From the sequence record MH383160.1: DNA of 64,000 bases. One strand, written 5' to 3'. How positions within the stretch are numbered: position 1 is the first letter of the stretch; each line of letters opens with the position of its first letter. This document shows positions 8,623 through 16,686 of this stretch, one piece after another. The notes below the pieces were generated by a model, which was given only the letters and a program-made list of their open reading frames with translations, was not told where the DNA came from and did no database searches. A program made the translations under genes and the position numbers.

Positions 8623-9759
8623 TTACTTGTTAGCTTTTTCGGCAATTTCACGAAGAGTGTCTTCCAGTTCATAGGAAAGTTGTGCAATTTCCTGTTTAGC
8701 ACGTTCACGTTCCAATTTACCTTTTTTCTCTTCTTCAATAACTGCTTCAATACTGTCAATCATCGTTTTATGTACATTACGCAAGGTTTTAATATCCACA
8801 ATACCACGGTTGTTTGCCTTTGCTGCGTCCAACATATTTGCTGCAACCATTTTAGAGTTAGTTTCCAAAAGACGGTTTGTCTCATTATCAATTAGATTGC
8901 CTAGTTCATTATCCTTACGTTGACGCTCGGAAATTAACTGTTCAGCCAATTGAGACTTCCATGCTGGAATAACAACAGATTTTAAATCTTCAAACTTAGA
9001 AACAGTGTTCAAGTTTACTTTTTTCATACTCATCAAACGTGGACCACTTAGCTCGCACATCATGATAAGACGACGAATCTTATCTTCTTGTTTAGAAAGT
9101 GCTTCACAAATCATCTTTTGCTCTTGAATAGCAAAAGAGTCTACATTTTTGTCTGCTTGCATTTCTAATAATAATGCATCTTGTGTTTTAGTTACTTCTT
9201 CTAATCCAACTAATGTATCACGTAATTCAAACAAATATTCTTTGTTTTCATTATATGCTTTATCAAGCCATTCACATTCTCCGTGCTGGCGATTAATACC
9301 AGTTTGAAGAGTTTTCATAATTTCGTCAATTTGCTCTTTACTGTTTTTGTACTGATCACCTACTTTCTGTTGAGCATTAACAAAGAATTTCTTAATACGA
9401 CCAACAATTGATTTATCTTCTTGAAGACTGTCAATATCAACTGCACGAGTCAACGTAAGAATTGTGGTGATTGATTTACCAAACTCGGTATTGTCATCCG
9501 TTACATTAACTTTAGACATAATTTCATCAGCCAAACGCCCAACAGCAGCACCAGCAGTTGTACCAACAGTATTGATGTTTTGAACTGTTAGAGACATAGT
9601 ATTTCCCTTAACATCTTTCAGTACTGGTAGTGATTTTGTAGTTTGGTTAAAAATATCACTTGCATCAATTGTATGACCTTTAGATGCAGTTTTAGTAGTG
9701 CGTTTTGCTGATTTAGCTGCGGTGGATGCTTTTTTAGGATTGATTTCTTTCTCGGACAT
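8623..9759 (-). CDS. telA: TelA-like toxic anion resistance protein
   Basis: GRIKKFF; QIDEIMKTL; LKSVVIPAWKSQL; NRGIVDIKTL motifs; coiled coil. Confidence 0.8.
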   Translation of the reverse strand: MSEKEINPKKASTAAKSAKRTTKTASKGHTIDASDIFNQTTKSLPVLKDVKGNTMSLTVQNINTVGTTAGAAVGRLADEIMSKVNVTDDNTEFGKSITTILTLTRAVDIDSLQEDKSIVGRIKKFFVNAQQKVGDQYKNSKEQIDEIMKTLQTGINRQHGECEWLDKAYNENKEYLFELRDTLVGLEEVTKTQDALLLEMQADKNVDSFAIQEQKMICEALSKQEDKIRRLIMMCELSGPRLMSMKKVNLNTVSKFEDLKSVVIPAWKSQLAEQLISERQRKDNELGNLIDNETNRLLETNSKMVAANMLDAAKANNRGIVDIKTLRNVHKTMIDSIEAVIEEEKKGKLERERAKQEIAQLSYELEDTLREIAEKANK

Positions 9760-9807
9760 TTAGTGTTCCTCGTTTAATTTAATATGATGTGCTGCTCTGT
9801 GATAAAC

Positions 9808-9836
9808 ATTATACGGGCAGCACGTATGATAGTCAA
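9808..9836 (-). promoter_or_regulatory. sigma70-type early promoter TTGACT-N17-TATAAT
   Basis: near-consensus, intergenic. Confidence 0.8.
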
Positions 9837-9844
9837 GTATTTTT

Positions 9845-10972
9845 TTACTCTTTGTTACCATATGCCAGATTACGAATAATTTCTACAGTACTCTCATCCA
9901 CAGCTTTACCTGTCTGTGATTGTAAACGATTGATAATCAAAGGAATAGTAATAGTTTGAATATCTACCATACGATTCATATCAACTTGATATTGCTTACT
10001 TGTTGCAATAATGCTCGTTTCAGTCATGGAGGTGGTGATTCCCATTTTCATAATACGTTCTAATGTTAATTCATATTCAAACGCATCATCCACACAACGT
10101 AGTGCGTATTCACAACCCAACTTACCATATTCAAGTTCATTTTTGATTTCATTAACTTCGTTTCTAAGTTCTGAAAACATCGTACTAAGACCACTAAACT
10201 TATTAGTGTCATACTTAACTGCTTCATTTAGTGCTTTCATCACTTTTGGCAAATCTGATGGTTGCACTTTGATATCAGTTTTACCAAACAATTTCTGTGT
10301 AAAGGTCGGCTTCAATGGGAACAACGTTTCCAACGCAACAGTAAGGTTATTCATAAGCATTCTAATATAATCACTATGCTGTTGTAATGCTGAGTTAAGA
10401 TCCAATTGACGTTCTGAAATTTGTTGAATCTTAGTTCCAATTTCTTGTGCACAAACTGGTAAGTTTACAAACCAGTCTAGTACTTTTACTGAATTCTTTT
10501 CAATAGTACTAGGGAATTCAACCCATCTTTCAATGTCATCAATTCTGCTATCGTCTGGGTTGATAGGTTTTTTCTTAAGAACAATAGGTGCAGGTACATC
10601 TGGTGATGTTTGTACCAAGTCTAAACGTGGTTTGGCACGACCTTCTTTCCATTCACGATATTCACGCTCTAATGGCGGTACTGGCATGTTAGGATCAATT
10701 CTAATATTACTAAAATGAATTTTATCCTTCATTAAATCAAGAACTTTCAGACGTTTATTATCAAAATAGATTTCATCTAATGACAGAGTTTTTACATCAA
10801 ATAACGGATTACCCAATGAGTCATAGGTGCGGCGAACAATTACATTATAAATGTATTTTTTGTTTGATGAACGGTCATATTGTTTCAATAAAGAGTTCAG
10901 TACATAATTATAGTTAAATTCTTGAATCTCAACTTCTTTGCCATTTTCAATGAAAAAATATTTACCTTTCAT
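9845..10972 (-). CDS. protein with C-terminal TelA-like coiled-coil domain
   Basis: TFTQKLFGK and RMVDIQTITIPLI echo TelA motifs of the neighbour. Confidence 0.5.
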   Translation of the reverse strand: MKGKYFFIENGKEVEIQEFNYNYVLNSLLKQYDRSSNKKYIYNVIVRRTYDSLGNPLFDVKTLSLDEIYFDNKRLKVLDLMKDKIHFSNIRIDPNMPVPPLEREYREWKEGRAKPRLDLVQTSPDVPAPIVLKKKPINPDDSRIDDIERWVEFPSTIEKNSVKVLDWFVNLPVCAQEIGTKIQQISERQLDLNSALQQHSDYIRMLMNNLTVALETLFPLKPTFTQKLFGKTDIKVQPSDLPKVMKALNEAVKYDTNKFSGLSTMFSELRNEVNEIKNELEYGKLGCEYALRCVDDAFEYELTLERIMKMGITTSMTETSIIATSKQYQVDMNRMVDIQTITIPLIINRLQSQTGKAVDESTVEIIRNLAYGNKE

Positions 10973-11013
10973 TATAAAACCTCATAATCAATTAAAATTT
11001 ACGCGATGGTGAT

Positions 11014-11042
11014 ATTGTACATACTTCGACTACACATGTCAA
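11014..11042 (-). promoter_or_regulatory. sigma70-type early promoter TTGACA-N17-TACAAT
   Basis: near-consensus, intergenic. Confidence 0.8.
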
Positions 11043-11068
11043 CACCTGAAAAGAAAAAAGGACGCACC

Positions 11069-11887
11069 TTAGTGCATCCTTTTGTTACTTTTATCCTTGT
11101 ACCATACAAATGTCTTGACAGGTGGATATTTTTCATTCTTTGGTGGTTCAGGCATGTCGTATACAGTTGCATTTCTAAACTTAAGAATGTATGTGTCCAT
11201 TAAACGGATTATACAATAGTTTAAACATTTTTGTGCTCTTTCTTTCCAAAAATGTTTATATGGTTCTGGACAACCAAGATAATCAAGTTTATACATACTC
11301 ATAGCAACTTGCATAAATCTTTGGGCCGAGAATTTTCGCTTATCAATCTTACTTGCTCTGTGTTGGTCACATGTCCAACTTGATACACCAGGCAAGTGAC
11401 AAAACAAATCAAAACTAACCATACTATCAAAGTATTTGTTATGACCATGTAACTCACCATAAAATACAGCTTCTGACACAGTATCATATAATGAGAAATT
11501 TGAATGTATATGTTCATTATCAAAAATACTTTTTAAATCTTTATAAGTTTCTGGAACAGGTGGCTCAGGTAATACTTCACCGAATACTTCAACACACCAT
11601 ATCTTCCATAAACCTTTTGTAAATTTATTTTCTAATTCTCTATCACTATCAATATAAAAAGTTTTTTCATTTATGAAAACTTTTCTAGCCATGTATGCTT
11701 TAAAAATTGCATCTGGATCAATGTCTTCACGATTTACATCATCCCAGCCTTTACCAATTCTTGAAATTTCAAATCTACGCATATACATACGACATGCTAA
11801 ATCTTTAGTAAGGCTGCGACGATACTTTTCATCCTGATGTAATTTGGTTGTTTCGTGAAGAGATTTAAGCATATTTAAAATTCTCAT
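11069..11887 (-). CDS. hypothetical protein
   Basis: 272 aa, coupled to upstream gene. Confidence 0.7.
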   Translation of the reverse strand: MRILNMLKSLHETTKLHQDEKYRRSLTKDLACRMYMRRFEISRIGKGWDDVNREDIDPDAIFKAYMARKVFINEKTFYIDSDRELENKFTKGLWKIWCVEVFGEVLPEPPVPETYKDLKSIFDNEHIHSNFSLYDTVSEAVFYGELHGHNKYFDSMVSFDLFCHLPGVSSWTCDQHRASKIDKRKFSAQRFMQVAMSMYKLDYLGCPEPYKHFWKERAQKCLNYCIIRLMDTYILKFRNATVYDMPEPPKNEKYPPVKTFVWYKDKSNKRMH

Positions 11888-12564
11888 CGCAACACCAAAT
11901 ATTTCCCGTTTCTTCCAATTACATATTGATCACCACTTCGTAGTACTGTATAGCTTTCCCCTAGTATGGAACTAAGACGCGAAGTGTCTAATTGTGTATC
12001 ATTCTTTAATAACTTTTTCACATATGTTTCTGAAACAAAACCGCTTCCAGTACTGTAATGTAATTTACCATATGCTGTTTTTAATGTCAACATGTTTCCT
12101 TCTTTGATTACTGAAACACCAGCATAATCAAGGAACTCACTAATTGAACTAGGAATACCCAAATCAATTCTCTGCTGTATTTCTTCAAAATCAACATCGA
12201 TTGGATCATTAACACCATATAGTTGGATTTTCCAACCAGGGTCTGGGCAAATATTTTCAATTGTTTTAATTAAACGTAATAGTTTTTCTGGGAATTCAGC
12301 ATTTCGTTCCATTTCTACATAAACTTGATAACGACCATCTAGATTTGGTGTTTCTGCTGCTTCAGTATCAACTACGTCAATAGGTGATTTTTCAATAAAA
12401 GAAGATAAATCATATGCTGCATCAAAGTTGTTAAGTACCTGAAACATAATAACAATATTACTATCTTCAATTTTAGGAGTATATTCATCAACACTAATGA
12501 TAGGATGAATCAAATCTTTGAGAACTTGCGGACGTAAGCCTTGTTCATTTAATTTCTTTTTCAT
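11884..12564 (-). CDS. conserved jumbo-phage protein, probably virion-associated
   Basis: 226 aa; N-terminal LNE motif; in late-promoter operon. Confidence 0.65.
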   Translation of the reverse strand: MKKKLNEQGLRPQVLKDLIHPIISVDEYTPKIEDSNIVIMFQVLNNFDAAYDLSSFIEKSPIDVVDTEAAETPNLDGRYQVYVEMERNAEFPEKLLRLIKTIENICPDPGWKIQLYGVNDPIDVDFEEIQQRIDLGIPSSISEFLDYAGVSVIKEGNMLTLKTAYGKLHYSTGSGFVSETYVKKLLKNDTQLDTSRLSSILGESYTVLRSGDQYVIGRNGKYLVLR

Positions 12565-13127
12565 TACATTCCACCTTCTTGTGTCTCATCCGTTACTTCT
12601 ACATCCAAATCCACATCATCACCAGTTACAGGTTCTTCAATATTCTCAGGAGAATTCATTGGATTACTATTGAATTCTGCTGCCATTAGTTTATATTCAT
12701 CAAAACTTTCTGGATTAATCAAGTTTCGTGGAATCTGCACTCTAACCAATAGTACTGGGATTCTTTCATTTTTTGGTATACGTACAGAGCCAGATTGTGT
12801 CGCTACACTTTTCATGTCAGCTTGACGATTTGGTTCTTTAATAGGAGTTATTTCATAATCAGCTTTAACATATACTTTAGTTCCATGTTTCTCTAAAATA
12901 GAGAATGCGGTAGGATCGGGAAAATTTTCACGATAGTATTTAAATGTAACAGTACACCAATACTTACTTACAATTGGCCCCTCTACCAACTCACCCTCAA
13001 TAATTCCTTTATACGCATATAAATCATTATCATCGAAATATTTCTCTACAGCAAGAAGTATATCTAACATACCACTGTTATCATACAACTGCTGAATAGC
13101 ATTATCTGTATAATCTAAATCGTCCAT
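12564..13127 (-). CDS. conserved jumbo-phage protein
   Basis: 187 aa, acidic tail; TAAATA late motif at 13165-13170. Confidence 0.7.
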   Translation of the reverse strand: MDDLDYTDNAIQQLYDNSGMLDILLAVEKYFDDNDLYAYKGIIEGELVEGPIVSKYWCTVTFKYYRENFPDPTAFSILEKHGTKVYVKADYEITPIKEPNRQADMKSVATQSGSVRIPKNERIPVLLVRVQIPRNLINPESFDEYKLMAAEFNSNPMNSPENIEEPVTGDDVDLDVEVTDETQEGGM

Positions 13128-13223
13128 ATTTTATATTATCCTTAAAAACTAGCACATATAATACTATTTACTACTTTTAAAATACAACAAAAGGGGTTTG
13201 AATCAAACCCCAATTTAAAAGTT

Positions 13224-13850
13224 TTATTTGTAATATTTACCTAGTACTGAATAAATTTTCAGTCTAAGTTCTGTCCAGTTTTCGATATATTCAAAACCAC
13301 TATGATTCTTATACATAGTATTATGAGAACATCCCATCATAACTGATGGAATACCAAGACCCATAGCAGTTTCAATATTATTGATATAATCATCAATCAT
13401 TAGTTTTACATCATATCGTGTTTGTAAATCCTCTAATGCTTCTTTCTTTGATTCATTCATTTCTATGATAATAATCTCATCAAAGCAGTTTTCACCAAAT
13501 TCACGCATTAGATTTACATTTCGTAAAACTTCACCATAGCCTTTTTTACCACATTTTGTGAGTACTACGAATTTTTCTTTATGAAAACGATCACGTAGCT
13601 CTTGTACAATATCAACTGTATTTGGTTCGACTGGCTTTAACAACCCAAACAAATATGATTGTTGGTTGAACTGTTCAAGAATCTTTTTAACTTCAGGTTG
13701 AGGAACACCCAACCAGTCTGATAAATCATATTCTAATGGGTATGGTGTTGATGGTGTGATATTATAAGTTTGTTTTACAAACTCAGAAAGCATACCCATA
13801 TGGTCCAATAGAACTTCATCACAATCAAAAACTATACAACGTGGTTTCAT
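13224..13850 (-). CDS. HAD-superfamily 5'(3')-deoxyribonucleotidase-like
   Basis: FDCDEVL (motif I) and MIDDYINN (motif IV). Confidence 0.8.
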   Translation of the reverse strand: MKPRCIVFDCDEVLLDHMGMLSEFVKQTYNITPSTPYPLEYDLSDWLGVPQPEVKKILEQFNQQSYLFGLLKPVEPNTVDIVQELRDRFHKEKFVVLTKCGKKGYGEVLRNVNLMREFGENCFDEIIIIEMNESKKEALEDLQTRYDVKLMIDDYINNIETAMGLGIPSVMMGCSHNTMYKNHSGFEYIENWTELRLKIYSVLGKYYK

Positions 13851-14803
13851 TACATGTTCCCCGAACAAATTAGGTCAATCTCACACAGTAAAGCACTAAG
13901 ATTCATTTCACGGTCTGATACTGTTGCTTGCTTAACAACTGCATCACGAATTTTAACTTTAATCTTCATCAGTGTGATTTCATCAGTACTGAACATTTCA
14001 GCATTTCTGTACAAGTAAGAGAAAAATGCATCCATCTCATCATCAGGGATATTTTGTACAATTTGTTCACGCATTTGGCGAATGTTGCCTGCCTTTAATG
14101 CTTCAACAATTGCAGTACGATACCCTGCTGAATTTTCAATACTATCTTCAAGTTTTACTAGCTTACCATCAACAACTGAACTTTGCAATACGTTTAGTGT
14201 TTTACGGAAATCAGGATAGGAAGCATTGATGTACTTTTGAACTTGTTCAACACTATCATCACTACTCAAATCAACACCTTCTGCTAGAAGAATATTATAA
14301 ATTCGAGTCATGAATTGTTCCATATCATGCTTTTCGATTGTAATAACTTGAACACGAGAAATGATAGGTTTTTGAATTTTATGTGGTTCGTTACTTGTTA
14401 AAATAAAGCGAGCATTTTCATGATAGTCTTCCATTACACGTTTCAAACTACCTTGTGCTTTGTGGTTCATCTGCTCCATTTCTTCAAGAACAAAAATACG
14501 ATATCTACCAAAACATGATAGCTTTGCTGCGGCATCGATTTTGTCACGAACAGCATCAATGCCTTCATCGGACATGTTAAGCGTGGTCACATCACTTGGA
14601 TCAAGGTGTCCATTTTGAACTAGTCCATTAATTAGTACTTTGATCGCAGATGTTTTACCAGTTCCTGCTGGGCCAAAAAACCCAATATGTGGAATGTCAC
14701 CAGTCTTAATCCATTCTTCCATTTTCTGGCGTAGTGCATCGTTTTTTGATACATAATCTTCCATTGATTGTGGGCGATATTTTTCAGTCCATAGTGTGGT
14801 CAT
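13850..14803 (-). CDS. 44: clamp loader large subunit (T4 gp44/RFC-like AAA+)
   Basis: LWTEKYRP, GPAGTGKT, LEEME, SRV, PDFRKTLN; start revised to MTTLW. Confidence 0.93.
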   Translation of the reverse strand: MTTLWTEKYRPQSMEDYVSKNDALRQKMEEWIKTGDIPHIGFFGPAGTGKTSAIKVLINGLVQNGHLDPSDVTTLNMSDEGIDAVRDKIDAAAKLSCFGRYRIFVLEEMEQMNHKAQGSLKRVMEDYHENARFILTSNEPHKIQKPIISRVQVITIEKHDMEQFMTRIYNILLAEGVDLSSDDSVEQVQKYINASYPDFRKTLNVLQSSVVDGKLVKLEDSIENSAGYRTAIVEALKAGNIRQMREQIVQNIPDDEMDAFFSYLYRNAEMFSTDEITLMKIKVKIRDAVVKQATVSDREMNLSALLCEIDLICSGNM

Positions 14804-14826
14804 TTGTATTTCCTTATGTGTACGTG

Positions 14827-15099
14827 TTATAGAATCCAATCGGCTGAATTATATAATAAAGCCGTGAAAAGTTCTTCTGTCATTTCCAATTGATTTAATA
14901 AAAAATTAAAAGAATTTGCCTTATTTTTAATCCCAGTACTTTCAGCTTGGGCTGATGCAACTAATAAAACTTTAAACATATCATGTGAAACTTCATATAC
15001 ATATTTGGTATTTTTTCTATCTTCAAACATGAATCTTCCGTTTTTAGATACTAATGTTACATCCTTGAAACTAAATTTTCCATCATCAGTTATCATCAA
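14827..15099 (-). CDS. hypothetical protein
   Basis: 90 aa ORF. Confidence 0.6.
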   Translation of the reverse strand: MMITDDGKFSFKDVTLVSKNGRFMFEDRKNTKYVYEVSHDMFKVLLVASAQAESTGIKNKANSFNFLLNQLEMTEELFTALLYNSADWIL

Positions 15100-15152
15100 A
15101 ATCTGTCCAAATAAAAAGCCCAGATATTCATCCGAGCTTTAATTATATTTTA

Positions 15153-15479
15153 TTAACGACCAAAGGTTAGCATTTTAGTTCGTGGATCTTCATCTGAAAC
15201 TAAACTAACTGCGGCTGGATAATCAACCAAGTTTAATTCAATACCATCAACTTCAATAGTTCTTGACCATCGACCATGATCAATTAAAATCCATTGACCT
15301 TCTTTAATATCAGTAATGTCTTCGCCTACAGAATAAACTTTTGCCCAGCGAGAACGAATACCTCTAATTTTACCGTCATCGTTTGTTAAAACGATACCAC
15401 CTGCTGTTTTGCGTTCACCATGTTCCAGTTCAGTTACCAGTACTTTACCTTTACATGCAGTCATTACTTTATTAGTCAT
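15153..15479 (-). CDS. groES: co-chaperonin GroES-like (copy 1)
   Basis: ERKTAGGIVL mobile loop, VYSVGE, IKEGQWIL. Confidence 0.85.
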   Translation of the reverse strand: MTNKVMTACKGKVLVTELEHGERKTAGGIVLTNDDGKIRGIRSRWAKVYSVGEDITDIKEGQWILIDHGRWSRTIEVDGIELNLVDYPAAVSLVSDEDPRTKMLTFGR

Positions 15480-15487
15480 TTAATATA

Positions 15488-15832
15488 TTACTCCTGATCT
15501 TTGGTTCTAGCTCGACGTGGTGCTTTCTTCTCTTCAGAAACCTCAGCTTCTTGTTCTTCGGGCTTAACTTCAAAACTCTCATCATCCCATACTTCATCCG
15601 TACCATGTTCAGTACTATGAAGTTGATGTTCAGGGATATAATCAGGAATTTGCATTTCTCGTTCTTTTTCTTGTATCAACTCTTCACGAGTTTTAATAAT
15701 TGTTCCACCGGAACCGATTTTATCACCACGTGCGTTTAGATTAGCATTACCCAATGCTACCTGATGTTGATTTTGGTACTTGAGCATATCCATGTCAATT
15801 GTTGTACCACGATAAGTTGTATGTTTAGACAT
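15488..15832 (-). CDS. conserved jumbo-phage protein
   Basis: IDMDML...ALGNANLNARGDKIG motif; acidic C-terminus. Confidence 0.65.
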   Translation of the reverse strand: MSKHTTYRGTTIDMDMLKYQNQHQVALGNANLNARGDKIGSGGTIIKTREELIQEKEREMQIPDYIPEHQLHSTEHGTDEVWDDESFEVKPEEQEAEVSEEKKAPRRARTKDQE

Positions 15833-15895
15833 ATCAAAATCCTTTTATTGTATGTGTGATATAAGCCTACAATAAACATTATATCACATGTTTTT

Positions 15896-16414
15896 CTACC
15901 ATTTCAAAAATTCGTTAACATCAAGTTCGTACTTCAATGAATCTACCATATGTAGTCCAATCAAAAACAAACAGTATGATGCAACCGAGCTTCCACGACC
16001 TAGACCCCAAAAGATCTCATTTTCTTCCATATAATCAACAAGCCATATCATACATCTTAGTAGCTTTGTCATATTATAATATTCATATAAATCAAGTTCA
16101 TACTCAACACGTTTTCGTGCTTCATCGGATGTGCATTTTTGTAAGAAAAAGTCACGCAGATTTATATTGTCGTATACTGGATCATATCGCCACAGTTCAT
16201 GATTTTTATCATGCTCAATTGTATAATCCAGCATACGTTGTTCTAAGCCAAATTTTTTACAGTTATCATTGAATTTCAACCTTTCAGGTTCATCAATTTC
16301 CTGCAATTGTAAGTACTGGATATCTGCACCGCAATTGATTGCATAAACAACTGCGTTAAGATTACATTTCACATCACCATTGGGACTTATAAATCTGTTT
16401 CCTTGTACTTTCAT
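15896..16414 (-). CDS. DNA polymerase III alpha (DnaE)-like, N-terminal palm fragment
   Basis: RVEYELDL...WGLGRGSSVASYCLFLIGLHMVDSLKYELDVNEFLK matches DnaE GPGRGS...DPLKYDLLFERFL. Confidence 0.85.
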   Translation of the reverse strand: MKVQGNRFISPNGDVKCNLNAVVYAINCGADIQYLQLQEIDEPERLKFNDNCKKFGLEQRMLDYTIEHDKNHELWRYDPVYDNINLRDFFLQKCTSDEARKRVEYELDLYEYYNMTKLLRCMIWLVDYMEENEIFWGLGRGSSVASYCLFLIGLHMVDSLKYELDVNEFLKW

Positions 16415-16685
16415 TTTTCTTCTTCTGGGCCTCTTCGTTGTCAGTTAGATATGAATCCATATCGAAGATACATGGGTCTTCTTCGTCATAAACAGTTTTT
16501 TCTTTTTGTCCTTGGCGAAGTTCTAGTTCAGCATAACATTGATTTAAGACAGTTTGCATATTACCAATAATCATGTCGCTTAGGCCAGCAGCACGAGCAG
16601 AAGTTAAACGCATTGACTGTTCATTAATTTTTAACTGTAGTTCTTTTTCCGTCATTCCAGACGGGTCAAAAAACGGATTAAACAT
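16374..16685 (-). CDS. conserved hypothetical protein
   Basis: 103 aa, helical, follows large late gene. Confidence 0.65.
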   Translation of the reverse strand: MFNPFFDPSGMTEKELQLKINEQSMRLTSARAAGLSDMIIGNMQTVLNQCYAELELRQGQKEKTVYDEEDPCIFDMDSYLTDNEEAQKKKNESTRKQIYKSQW

Positions 16686-16686
16686 A

